61,058 nucleotides of DNA, filler included, from Hausera hauseri (GCA_046269625.1; 9 parts of 9 records of this genome joined end to end with filler, not necessarily neighbours in it); one strand, 5' to 3'; shown: positions 34,960 to 47,988, counted from the whole stretch's first letter. The notes: generated by a model from the letters alone, not told the origin. Made by a program: numbers and translations.

Positions 34960-37900
34960 GAAATCACCGATTCGCCGGAAGCGTATCCGTCTCTTAAAGT
35001 TGAATAAGAGTTTTAGGGTTTTGGTTGTATATAACCTGCAAATAAGCGTCTTATCCTGGATCATCTGTAAAGTCTGGAAGTCCATAGTCTAATAATGTCG
35101 GGCTCGCGTTTCTTGCCTTTTCATGATTCTCGCTTAATCTTGGTTGGAGTTCTTTCATTAGGGTGGTTTGGAACTTTTCTCCATTTACACACGCAACTTG
35201 TATCATTTTTAATGTCGGCCCTAATTCGTCTGCGTGTAGGAGTCCTTTTCTTTCATAATCCGTTAATTTGGTAGCTATGTTTCTTAACCATCTTTGTGCA
35301 AATTCATTTTTGTTCATTATTTCCGATCGAGTAAACTTATTTATTTAGATATATTTCTAATTCTCTATCTAACTCATCTAGCTTTGTTGCTCTTTGCTTC
35401 GTGCGGATTCGCAGTTCTTCTACGTGTTTAGTTTGAGTTGTCAATTGTCGTACCTTGTCGTCATTAATTTCTGCCATTGCCGTTAGAAGCGACATTAGTT
35501 CGTACATTTCGTTTAGGGCCTTGAATCTGGATATGTTTCGTCTATCAGTTTCTTTACGAATTTAGCTTTCTCCGGTGTGAGATGACAGTCATTTTTTATT
35601 TCCAACAATTCAGCATGGCAATTTTGGTCTGTGTCTAATGACCATTCATGTAGACGGTGTAAAAATTTTAATACTACTTCTAACGCGATCCGATGTTTTG
35701 GACAAATATCTAACGTTGTTAAATGGTCAAGCGATATTTTGTTTGTAGGCTTTGTTGTCAAATGTCCAATTCCTGCTAAGCGATTGTGTTTTAGTGCTGT
35801 ACAGATATGGGAGATCATCTCTTGTTCCGTTGGCAATTCCATTTCTTCGATAATTTTGTGTATTTCTCCCATGAATTTTACCTCCTGATTGTTGCTCATA
35901 AAATTTAGCCTCATCAATGAGTTGAATTCAACCCGAAGGTCTGCATCTGTCTTCATAACATCTATGTTGCGGAGTATTACTTTTAACTGTTGTTCGGATA
36001 TCGGGTCTTGTGTCGAAAATTACCTTAAGCGATACTTTGTTTGGTCCGCTAATCGGCTTAACAATTCTATCCACTCTTTGAGTTGGTTGTCTATCATTGG
36101 TTTTGCATATATTACATTTTTCTAACCTTTCATAAGCATCGTTTAGTTTGTTGTCTGGACCTTTGATTTAGTCCATTATCTGTTTGGCGTAATAAACTTC
36201 CTCCTTATATTCATCCTGTTCCAAAAGACACGTTTTATTATGTTTTGCCTTTCCTGATTGTCTATTTTCTTTATTTTAGCCTTGCATCAATAGATTTTAG
36301 AGCGCCTTTTACCTTGTGAATCGATGCGAATTCCTATACCCGTATATTCCTTATGTACACTAAACGCGATTTTACACATTTCTATTAAAAGAGCAATGTC
36401 TACTGGATCTATTCCCAGTATTTGGAATTCTTTTTCATCCAGTTCATTCACTGGATTATTTTTAAGATGATATATCATCGCGCTCTCGATCTCTTCCATT
36501 AATTTTTCTAAGTTGCACTTTGTTCGCTTCTGGTTCGGTTCCGCTTCTAGTGTCTTTAGTAGTTCCTGAGCAGTTGCCACTTTACTTTCGATTTTTTTCT
36601 CTTGATTTTCCCATATTTCGGTGAAGTCTGTTCCACTTTTTATCCATGAGTTCAGTTTTGATCTCCATCCTTTAATCGATTCGTCGATGACTTCCTCTGA
36701 TTCTTTTAGTTCCTTTTCTCTTCTAACTCCTTCCTGAAGGTATTTCTTTAATTCTTTATACATTTTCACAGCAAACTGTTGCTCTTTTACGGAGACATCT
36801 ATTTGGGTTTTTATACGTTTTAGTTCCTCTAAGTTATAACGTAGTGTCTCAGGGTAGGTTGATGCTGTCCTAATCTATTTTAATTTATCTGCATTTTTCC
36901 ATGATTTCCTGATCTTACAAAATTTTCCATTGAATCTCTCGATACGATCGCTGTCGTCTTCACATACAGTTAGCGGGCATATCTCGTTTATTCCATTTTA
37001 CGGATCCTCTGCGTCCGTGGTTGTGCCTGGAATATCCAATACTTCCTTAAGCTCCACATCTGGAGTGTTCAAACTTGAATCACTTTCCATGCCAATGTTC
37101 TATGGATTCGTCTTTTTCGGATTTTCTCTTTTTATAGGAGATCTTGATCGACCATTTTGTTTTCTTTTAATTGATGGGCTTCGACCTCTATTCTTTGTTA
37201 TTTTAAGCACTAACGGAGCTATATATTCACTCTCAATTTTTTCGGTAACGTCGGTTTCTTTTTCAATTAGATTTTCAGGCTCGGCGTCCAGATCTACATC
37301 GGGAGATATTGTTGGTACTTATACACCACTTACTTCTTTTGTCCCTTTAGGGTTAACCGGCACCTTATTCTCGCGAACCATGTTACTACAGTCTAGTGTT
37401 ATTGAATATTTGTATTCCGTACGAGGTTGCGCCCATCCGTGGTATACCTATAATATTCGTATGTTACTCTCATATTCCTTTCCAGCCTTTAATATTTGTG
37501 GGTTGTTAGTTTCATTTTGGCTTTTCAAATATCTTCATGAATCTTGTATGTCCAAAATCGCGTCTATGTCGCCTCGTGGACCATATTTTGCCTCTAAATC
37601 TTCTTGCGTTTTAATCATGGTCGCTTTGGTAGGTTCGGTAAATGAGATGCTTCTTGGATTCTGGCATGATCTTGCTATGACCTTCCATTCCTACCAACCC
37701 TTTATCGAAATCCTCATTTACAGGCGACTTTGATCGACTACTGTTTCTAGTAAAATTTTCATTCGGCGACTCTGGCTGATTGCTCCAATTACATTTATTT
37801 TCATTTCTTCTAGGATCATTGTGACGATTTCCATCCTTGTATCTGATCCCGTTATTACTGTTTCTATAACCATTTTGATTGTAATTCAAATTATTATTTG

Positions 37901-37973
37901 GCTTCATGTTCGCATTATTTGAGTTCCGATTATTGCTAAAACTTTTGCCCTCGTAGCGCGGGTTCTTATTATT
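34960..37973 (-). pseudogene. Unknown N-terminal part of the polyprotein (Asn/Arg-rich, then charged helical/coiled-coil)
   Basis: ORF fragments 37611-37973, 36287-36769, 35513-35956 and 35051-35317, bridged by frames containing isolated stops. Confidence 0.6.
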
Positions 37974-38073
37974 NNNNNNNNNNNNNNNNNNNNNNNNNNN
38001 NNNNNNNNNNNNNNNNNTTAATTAATTAANNNNNNNNNNNNNNNNNNNNNNNNNNNNNNNNNNNNNNNNNNNN
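37974..38073. other. Artificial contig linker
   Basis: Same cassette. Confidence 0.99.
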
Positions 38074-38104
38074 AGATAGAGAGAGAGAAAGGGAGGGAGA
38101 GAGA

Positions 38105-38260
38105 GAATTATCGCACACGGACCTCCGATCTCCAGAAGTGGAGATCGGAGGAATTAATTTTTAGAGAATCCTGTAGGAAAAATCCCCTGCCGCTTTCAGT
38201 GGAATTAGAACCCTGGACTTCCAGTACACAAAGCGAACATCGTACCTCGAGACCACTGAG
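38105..38260 (-). mobile_element. tRNA-derived SINE fragment related to family A in the last contig
   Basis: CACGGACCTCCGATCT..GAATCCTGTAGGAAAAATCC..GAACATCGTACCTCGAGACCA resembles the copy at ~53155-53291. Confidence 0.65.
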
Positions 38261-39266
38261 CAGTGTAGTTTATGTTAACAAAACCAAATCAAGGGCGGCT
38301 TGACGGTATTGACCAGTTTCCCGTGGTCAGATCATCCATCAACATTTCTGGCCTACTCAGTCGCCAACCAAATCATGAATCACTAAACGGTTCTCTGGTT
38401 GAAATCTACGCCATTCTCGGTGGGCCAAGATCGATGAAAACGGGATCAACTTTGACCCTTCACACATTTAATTGTTTGTCTGTCCTGTTTAACATTTACG
38501 TTACTCTTTAGGGGTCCAGCCTGGTTGAGTGTCTGCGAGGACCACTTACGGAGACAGGTCGTTAAAATCCTTTGTATTTCGTGGAAACCATCGAGAAAGG
38601 TGAATGTTACAATGGGATATTTACATTTAAAAGAGTTTGCACAGTGAAACAGAGACGGATAGTAGAAGAGAGAGAAATAAAGAGATGGATACAACAGGTC
38701 GTATGAGAATTAGGTCTGAATCATCATGATGTACCAGGAAGAACGATCAATTGAATCAAAAGCCAATATCTAAATCTTTTTTATTACCTTAATGAATACT
38801 GTGGGTTTTGGATTAAATCTGAAAATGTACTTAACCTTATCATTGAAGAAAGCACAAAAGACATATTAGATATAAATTACAATTTTTAATTTCAAATAAA
38901 AAAATCCATATCTCTATATACACAGTTTATTGACATAGTTTAATCACATTGGCAATTGCTGTTTTGTACAACAAGGGTTCGAATAAATCGTGTACTGTTT
39001 AGAAAATGTAGATTGTCTGTAGTTCCATGAATAAGGAGATAATTTTGTTGAGAAAAAAGGGCAACCAGTCATGAGATATCTATTTGAGGCTATAGGCTGA
39101 ATATTTGATGAATATTTTTATTTTTGGCAGAACAACAAGAAAACACTTGGTCAAAACTTTAGTTGACGTATTGGTTAACCTGTCTTTGAACTTTGTTTCA
39201 GTTATCCATTGTCGTTATATTGTCAGAAGATCTCTCAATATCAAACAGAGATCCACAAATTCGAAT

Positions 39267-39398
39267 TGTTGTGGTCTTGATGAGACATTACAGAACGACG
39301 AGACAAAATGACAAAAGTGCATCAATTCGTCGGCAAAACAATTAAGAAGAAATAAAAAAACAAAATAGAATATTTAAAATTCCTTGTTGGGCACAACA
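39267..39398 (-). repeat. Putative short 3' LTR (132 bp), preceded by a G10 polypurine tract at 39402-39411
   Basis: Minus strand GGGGGGGGGGTAA|TGTTGTG...CACAACA, 7-bp terminal inverted repeats. Confidence 0.6.
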
Positions 39399-40072
39399 TT
39401 ACCCCCCCCCCGTGGCAAAAGAAAGACTAGAGATAAGAAAGTAGAAAATGGGTAGAAACGGTGCAGGCAGTCTAGGTGGTCTTAGCATGGGTAAGACGTT
39501 GTACTCCTGCAGTGTTAATCTCCTTACTGTAGGTACTAAATGTAACTGATTTGTGAATTTTCAATGTCTTTGGACCTGCTTGTAGAGGTGATTGAGATAC
39601 AGTAAAATCGGATTTGGTCGTGTTAGGTGTTGAGTTGTACAAAGATGGGGAAGGAGATGGAAGATAAGATGTAGGAGAAGAGGGAGTAAAAGTTGCTAGG
39701 GTAGTAGAATCGGAGATGGTAGGAGGTTCTGGTGGAGAAGTAGAAATAGGGGTCGGCATGGAAATGGGTGCAGGTGGTGGAGGAACTGAAGGAGGAAAAG
39801 GCAGAAGAGTCAAAAAGGGAGGTAGAAGGTTCAATTTGGGGGGTATCATCTACGAAAAAAGCATGCTTTACGTTGTTGACATGCACCGCTAGTTCCTTAC
39901 CGTCTTTTGAAATAATGGCATTGTGAAAATGCAATTGAACGATTTTATACGGCCCCAAATACCGTGGTTGAAAACCGCACGGCGTCTGGTTTTTAACCAG
40001 ACGTACTTTCCCGAGTATAAATCCTCCTGCTGGTACGCTTTATTGTTATTTATTATCCTGCAGAATGAATCT

Positions 40073-41551
40073 TTACTGACTGAGACGAAATGGTCCTGTG
40101 CCATTCAGATAGCTTCGTTCGTAGGTGTCTTCCAAGGCAATTAACTCAAATAATGAACGTACAGGTGTTCCGAAGAGGGCTTCCGTAGATGAACAAACAG
40201 TGGAAGTAGAAGGGGTGTTGCGCCAACCCAGAAGAACAAGCGGAAGAAGAGTAATCCAACTGCTATTGGATTCGGCGAGGATTCTCATTGACCTTTTTAG
40301 TATTCTGTGGAATCTCTCTAGAAGATCATTCGATTGGGGTTGATACGGTGATGTGTGTACATGGCTGATTCCTAATCGGTTAACGAGAGATTTAAATAAA
40401 TTGGACTCAAACTGAGTACCCTGATCCTTAATAATGAATCTAAGGGATCCGAATCTGCTGATCCACGTGCGTATGAAAACGTCGGCTATTGTGTCCGTGT
40501 TATTGCTCCGTAGGGAGACAGCTTCTGGCCAACGTGAGGAACGATCCATCATGGTCAAGATGAACTGATGACCGTTGTCAGGAGGGAGAGGGCCAAAGAG
40601 ATCAACATGAAAAGACTCTAAACGTGATGTGCAAGGGAAATAATATAGTGTTGGCTTCAAATCTTTGGTGGTTTTTAATTTCTGGCAGGCCACGCACTCC
40701 GTAACCCACGCTTGCACATCGGAAAGCATAGTTGGCCATATTACTTCACGGTGGGGTAATTGAAAAGTTGTCTTTGCACTAGAATGGTGCGGTGAATGTA
40801 CACTGTTAAACTCTTGCCGTTGTAAAGATGGTGCGAGAATTATTGCGGAATCACTTGGTTTTGAAGTGTCTAAAGCCACACCGTCAACAATTGTGCAAGA
40901 CTTAAAAGAACTAAACATGTCCTGAGGTGGCTGGTTCTGTTGGAGTTGTGCTTGAGAGAAGATTGGTGAAAAATTAATCGAACCAACCGTCCTAGATAGG
41001 AAATCGGCAACCAAATTTTTAACCCCGTTAATATGTTTAATGTCAAAATTAAATGTCGACAGATATGACATCTGTCGTTCTTGGCGTGAGGAAGTACGTT
41101 TCATAGCCATGATGTTTAGCAAGGGCTTTTGATCGGTCTGTGTGGTAAAACGGCGAGCGACAGGTAGGTTTGAGAAATGCTTTAAAGCGAGTACGATGGC
41201 CAATAATTCTCGATTGAAGGTTGAATACCTGGTTTCAGGAGATGTTAGCTTACGAGAAAAAAATTCCAGCGGTTGATTATCTCCTTTGTGTATTTGATGA
41301 AGCACAGCACCTACCGCGGTGGTTGAAGCGTTTGTAATAAGGATCAGTTCCGCATCAGGCCTGGGGAAAGCGAAAATATCGACGGTCTTAATTCCTTCGC
41401 GTAGCTTATCAAACTTATCAAACAAGTCAGGTGTCCACTGGATTGGCTGATGTTTTCTGCCGCCGCTTAAGTGAACAAATGGTGCTGTAAGTTCGGAGCA
41501 GTACGGCACATACTTGTGAACAAAGTGTAAAGTTCCCAAAAAGCTCCTCAT
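40073..41551 (-). pseudogene. Gypsy pol RNase H - integrase ORF
   Basis: TNAS..AVGAVL, RELLAI, TDQKPL, VADFLSR, CVAC, VDLFGPLP, KDQGTQFES, LERFHR; several conserved residues substituted. Confidence 0.93.
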
Positions 41552-42109
41552 TTCTGTTGTTGTTCGAAGAAGTTGTATACTTTTGAAAGCCTCAAGACGT
41601 TCTAATTGAGGAGAATGACCATTTGCTTAAATTGTATGTCCGAGAAAGTTAATACGCTTTTGGAAGAAGTGATATTTCGTAAAATTAATTTATAAATTTT
41701 GGTTGTTAAGTCGTTGGAAAATAGAATGAAGGTATTTGTTGCTGAAATTGTTGCAGTTACGATGGGATAAATATCCATAGACAATAAATAATTCCGATAG
41801 AGCATAAATAGACAGAAAATAATAACTGAATAGGCTGAATACTTGTTTTATTTTTATCAATAATCTCTAATAAATTAATAATAATAATTTAACTAGATAC
41901 AACGCAGCAATACATATAACAGATAATATATTGAGACAAATGAAACGTATCAAAAGACCAGAGAATCGAGAAAAACTGTTAAATTTAAATTCTCCAATTG
42001 CATTATCTGGGTGGCTTCTGACTAAAATTTCGGGGTTTTTGACATTTTCTTCATATTTTTTATTTCTTGAGAATGAATGAACACAAGGCCTTTCTAAAAT
42101 AATCTTTGT

Positions 42110-42209
42110 NNNNNNNNNNNNNNNNNNNNNNNNNNNNNNNNNNNNNNNNNNNNTTAATTAATTAANNNNNNNNNNNNNNNNNNNNNNNNNNNNNNNNNNN
42201 NNNNNNNNN
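42110..42209. other. Artificial contig linker
   Basis: Same cassette. Confidence 0.99.
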
Positions 42210-42260
42210 ATACATTAATTATTGCTAACGTTTCTTCCACGAACAAGTTCCTTGAAATAA

Positions 42261-45200
42261 GTGAATGAAGGCCTCATTGCGAGCATTATTAAACTTACTT
42301 GGTGTTGGTCTATGGCTGAATCCTCAAGTCCGCAGTTCTACGATTATGAAGATGCTCGTGATTTGCACAGTCCGCTGGGCTGTGCGGTTTGTCATGCTTT
42401 TTCTTATCTGTGTTATTGTTTTTTAGGTCTCTCTCAAGGATACTCCGGACATGAGCAGTGTGTTGAATTTCTTGCTGGGCTAGCCGACGATGATGTCGAG
42501 TACAACTTTGGATTGATGAATGATGCTGCGTGCTTGACCAGTGTCAGCCTGAGATGCCTTGAAACTTCGGTTTCACATGTTCCTGCTATCCAGTCCGGAG
42601 TGTCCCTGAATCGAGACCTAACCACTGTAAACTACGATTCCTCCGTTCAGAATGGCCGCGACACTGGTGCTGCGCCTGTTCCAGATCATGGTGCGGCCGG
42701 TCATGAGGAATCAGAGAAGGTGGAAATCCTGTCACATGACCTGCTTGATGACAACTGTCTCGGACGTCGAAAAGTTCAGGTGGAGTGCCGGTGGTCTGCA
42801 AAAATGCTGCGGATAGACGGCAACGCTCCGAAGAAGGAGGCTGTAAATGATGATGACAAGGAAGTTATGCACTGTGAGGCTAGATTAAATTCGCCCACAA
42901 TGCCTGGTAAATTTTATTATTATACAAATAATTTTTCGTTTCCTGGCGAATTCGATGAATTCGAGCTGGTTTGTAATTTTCCTGGCGAGTCTCGGCCCAC
43001 AGTAGTTGTCTCCTGTGATCCCGGTAAACGGCTCGAGCTGGACCAACTTTTATATTTATGTTTTCCTGGCGGTCTTGAGACCGAGCTGGATTTTATTAAA
43101 CCTGTAGGTAGAAATGTAAGCATAGGAAATGCTAATAAAAAAGTAGAGAATAGGCCACTCTATGGCGGAGGATATCTCCCAGTACCCCCTAATCCCGGCT
43201 ACACCCTGTATGATGCGCGTCTACTTCCTCCTCCTTATCTCTGGCCACTCCTTCCACAATGTCAAACTTTTACTCCTCCTTCCCTGCTCCCTCCACATCC
43301 CCACAACAATAGACTTCAGACTTTGCCACAACCGCCTCCTATTCCACCAAAGGAAAGTTTCCGAAAGCCATATAAACCGACCCCTTCATCCACTTCCTCC
43401 CAAAAAAGACACCAACAAACTCAAACACCCCGAATTAAACTCTTGCACACGGCAGCTCAGACTGACCTTGCAACGTCTACCGTGGCTCACAGTAGGTCGG
43501 ACACAGCTGCGAACATCCAGACAAATATGGTGCCTCCTGCCTCTGCTCATAAAATAAATTTTATAAAATTCACCCCTGCCTCGAACATTTCTAGTCCAGA
43601 CAAAAATAGCGACCTACATAAAAGCAACACCTCTGCCTCTCCGATGTCTGTAAACCCCAAAAAATACCTCGCTATTCTTATAAGCATGGCAACAGACCTT
43701 CTTCTCTTCCTTAAAAATAACTCTTGCAACTGGATACTTTTTCCTTTAGATAGCCTTACCAAGGACGAAAGGACAACACTCTCACTCTATGCCAACCAAA
43801 TTCTTAACCATCTACGATCCCTCACCACTCACTCAACAGCCAAACCTGCACCAATTGGAAACATCCTTATCCTAAAAACCTTTTTTATTCTCGCGTGCGA
43901 CTCCCTACCAATTACTCCAACACATGATGTCGCACGATTTGTATCCACTTTCTGCCAAAATCCAACTATACAAACTCTTAGTGAATTCTACAACCAAACA
44001 TTTCTGCCTTCTAAAATCCTAAACAGTCTCACCTCTATCCAATCATACCATAAACACACAAACTGCGACTCTCAGATCTCTGCACAACAATTGCAACTCC
44101 CAAAAGCATGCGCCCCTTTCCAAGAGTCGAACCCTCCGGTGGAGGAACAACCAACAAATTATATAGTGGATGAAGATATTGACGAATACTCCTACGACTT
44201 AAAACACCAATTACCTCATTATGCTTCCATCCTGCTTGCCGACCTCCAACGACTGCTATTCAAAAAACCTACCCACTATATTGCATTTGCCACCAGTGAA
44301 CTTCCACAAACCTTCTGGAAAAAGCTTACATCCCGTATCTTCACAATTCAAACGAAACTTCCTTCCTTTAGTAATGATACACCCAACCTAAACTTCCGCT
44401 TTGACTCTCAACACACCATTTTTAATTTCCTTAAAGCCACTCAAGAATACATTGTTCAACGGAACCCTACCAACTTCACCCACTTATGGAATCGGATGAA
44501 TGTCTCTGAGATTTTATCTGAGAACCCTCCAATCCAAAATATCACCGACACCACAACAAAACGTAACACCTCTAAACCAAACAACAATGCAAAGGAACTC
44601 AACATTGAGAAATCTCAGCCTGTATTCTTTACTTGGCCTCTGCCAAATGCTCTTACTACCCACGACACAATCCTTGAACAGTTCATCCCTACTGTAAGAT
44701 CTCTTAAGCTCTTTTTCGCCAAAAATCGGAACCCCAATGTCAGTCCCTCAGTAACCTTTAAAGATAACAGGCTCAAAACCCAGGCTACTTCCTTCCTCAA
44801 CGATTTCCTACGAAGATACAACTCAACTCCACCTTATGCACCGATTTACTTCACTTCTAGGGCCAAAATATTACTATTCCTAGAAAAACTGTCTCGTGCT
44901 TCCCTCCCCTCCCCCACTCCAGATATGGATTTTCTACTACATAACTACAAGCCTAAACCCACAAAAATTCCCACTAAAAAGATACCAACATACCCCATAC
45001 CTGAAGAATCTAACCAACCAACCCCACATAACATCATTACAACCACGATCCCCACACTAGACCAGAACCAAATAAAACCTGTGAATAGTCTTCTTTTCAC
45101 CTGGCCCCTCAAAAATGCCCTCTCAACTCGCGATACACGACTCGAACAATATGGCCCCACCGCCCGAGCCTTAAGACACTTCTTCTACAAGGGCCATAGC

Positions 45201-46433
45201 GCACGAGTCAATTCTAATGTCAACTTCGATAACACCAAACTTAAAAACCGTGCTTTAGGTTTTCTACGCAAATTTCTACAGACTTACAGCTCTCCTCCTT
45301 CAATGTTCTCAACTCTTAGATTCTCCTCTAGACATGAAATGTTAATATTCTTAACTAACCTCTCAAGAGCAACCTTGCCCTCAGCAGAACAAGAAATTAT
45401 AAACCTGATGAATAATTATAAAATCATTGCCTATGGGAACTCGGCGATTCCTCCCGAACTACCAATACAAAATATAAACACACCTAGTACTCTAGCCTGT
45501 GACCACCCGTTGATCGTGCCTTCAACTCCTGCTATAACTCAGCAGTCCATGTCTGCTCAACCCGCATCAGCACAGTCTATTTCAGACGTGCTTGGCACAT
45601 GTGCTGGGGAATTGGCCGATAGTGCTGCCCAGACGTCCATAGAATGCTTCCTGCAATCCCCACCTAATACAAAATTTGATGCACCACTAATAGAAACTGA
45701 AAACTCTGAAATCACAAGCAAACAAGCAGACTTTTCCTTGACTGAGACCGTCTTTACAAGTCAAATTCACACTTCACCCAATACTAATTCTCCTTCTCAT
45801 GCAGACCAACTCAGTTTAGCTACAGAACTTGTTTCCCTTATCTCTTCCTCTTCTACTTCTTCCTCCAACAAATCTTACTCTGACATCCTTAAAACTCCTA
45901 CACCTACAAAAACAACAGCTACTTGCAACCATCCGGACACTCCTCTTAACAATATGGGTAAAAATTTTAACAACTCAATAAAACGCAAACTCAGGAAATG
46001 CAAACCTGAGACATGGTTCTCGACCGATGAAATTGATTACTGGGGCTACCAAACCTTCCTCAGACATAAAGCCTTATATATCTCATGGGATCTATTCCAA
46101 ATTGCTTTCCCAAATACAACTGATGTCTCCGCACACCTTCACCTATCACCAGAAGACGCTAAACTAATACACTCCGCTACTCACACATTCATCTCACTCT
46201 GGCACAACCACCACTGGTTACTGGCTTATATAAACAGAAATACCAGCTCTTTATATCTAATTGATCCCTTCAAATCCTCCGAATATACCAAAATCCCCAG
46301 CCAACTATTATATTCACGTCTTGATGTCTTCAAAGCTGTATTCAACATCCCCGAGCTAACCTTCAGAGGTCAATATGAACATAAAGACCACCAACCTCTT
46401 TCAAACTCTAATGACTGTGGTCCCTATGTCTGT
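42261..46433 (+). CDS. Large ORF, open at the contig end, with a C-terminal Ulp1/C48 cysteine protease; probably the N-terminal part of a NeSL-like non-LTR retrotransposon ORF
   Basis: WFSTDEID, HHWLLAYI, YLIDPF, QPLSNSNDCGPYVC give His-Asp-Cys plus oxyanion Gln; C/A-rich coding strand; true start uncertain. Confidence 0.8.
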
Positions 46434-46533
46434 NNNNNNNNNNNNNNNNNNNNNNNNNNNNNNNNNNNNNNNNNNNNTTAATTAATTAANNNNNNNNNNN
46501 NNNNNNNNNNNNNNNNNNNNNNNNNNNNNNNNN
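46434..46533. other. Artificial contig linker
   Basis: Same cassette. Confidence 0.99.
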
Positions 46534-47988
46534 GATCTCCACACAGAATTAATGTGATGTTCTCACCGATTTGTGCAAGAATCTGAAGACTGGCCCGCGA
46601 TGCTATTGTGACAAACAGCAGAGCTAAGAGCCCAGCGATTTCTTCAATGCCCTAAGTTAGGTGGGCTGTACAGGACAGTGAGCTGAGATCCACCATGATG
46701 TAGCTGCACTGAACTTTTATGGGTATATATCAGCGTGCAAAGATGCTGACCCTTCGACTAAACTAAACTCTGTAACTCTGTAGGTGTGTGCGCGCGTGTG
46801 TGTGTATGTGTTTGCTTGGTAACCATCTGTCTTTCTCTTCATTGTAGCGTTTTCCTACTTTCTTGTTTATATTCGCACACAAATAAATGACAGTAACCTG
46901 AGAAAAATGTTAAAAAACGAAAGAAACAAAGACCCGTGAGACTGAACGAAGTTAGTAAGAAAAAAAAAAAAAAAAACACACATTGGATAAAAGACAAATA
47001 ATTATCGACGATGGACAGGCGCCATTGCCTGGGCACTGTAACGAACCAAGCAGTCTAGCAACTACACCAACGATGCACAAAGTATGCATCGAAATAATCA
47101 TCCGTATACCATTTTCTGCAAGTACACGACAGTAATATAATCAGTTGTTAGCGCTAATCTTATTAGTGTTGAGCCGCGACATGTTTTTTTAACGCTATGT
47201 TTAGTATGCCGCGTTAAGAACGCTCGCCTCGAAAACGACTGTAGTGGGTTCAAAAACACGTAGGATCCCACCGTATAGTCGTTGAATTGAACATGTTTAT
47301 GACAGAACAGGCAAATGCGAGAGTATCAGACAGCAACTATTACTCCTCAACCCAGTCAGTCCCTCACATGCGCCCTCATTTTACTGTACTAACGCTCACT
47401 TTTGTATTTATTCTTTTTTTTTCACAAGTCGTTGAATTGAACATGTTAATCGCTAACCACGGATATATCAGTCGTTTTGTGACAAAAGTGTTATATATGA
47501 AATGATTGTATTGGGTCTATATATAACTTAGCAGGGGCACAGTGTCAGGGCTGACCAATCATAGTCAGTCACGATCGTCTGCCCACGTCGTCGTCCCAGG
47601 TAACGCTAGGGAAACCTAACGTATAATGGTTGGAGGATCGAGATTTTCCCCAGTTTGGGTACAGGGTTACTTATAGGAAGCCAAGCAGTGCACTCAAGCC
47701 TGGAGGATATTGTCCACCTCCTAAACACAACCGGGACGGCAGGAAAGCTCAGGCACACTCCTCCAACAGCCCTTATCAACAGTCTTTCAGGACCCCAACA
47801 GCCCTTCTCAGGAGTAGTATAGGATGCTAAAAAACGATAACCATTTCAGACGCTAATAGGTAGGTGATAAGTAAATATTCAGGTGCTAATATAGAGGCGA
47901 TAAGAAATGTTTAGGTGCAAGATTGTACATGATGGGCAGACAACTCTTGCATATTTTTTATTTATTTTATTGTAAGGAAGAGACAATG

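Larger units (their letters stand above)
30922..37973 (-). mobile_element. Decayed LTR-retroelement/virus-like polyprotein: unknown region - Ubl - class III glycoprotein - aspartic protease
   Basis: Continuous co-oriented coding fragments across the whole contig, broken by single stops and frameshifts. Confidence 0.8.
39267..41800 (-). mobile_element. Ty3/gypsy LTR retrotransposon, 3' half, decayed
   Basis: RT end (INFLGHTI), RNase H, integrase, GPY module, Pro/Ser-rich tail, PPT, LTR. Confidence 0.9.

Noticed and set aside
36930-37733. 267-aa plus-strand ORF, and similar ORFs at 9565-10143, 33790-34227 and 2242-2728
   Set aside because: Antisense shadows of coding sequence on the minus strand.
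43085-43110. Spliced-leader target site for a NeSL-like element
   Set aside because: Only 8 nt (GGTTTAAT, antisense) match nematode SL1, which is not significant.
34545-46433. Ubl domain and Ulp1 protease as a cognate tag/protease system
   Set aside because: They are on different contigs separated by linkers, and the Ubl lacks Gly-Gly.
7475-46533. Regularly recurring TTAATTAATTAA as a biological repeat or CRISPR-like array
   Set aside because: It is always embedded in 44+44 Ns and is a synthetic six-frame-stop linker.
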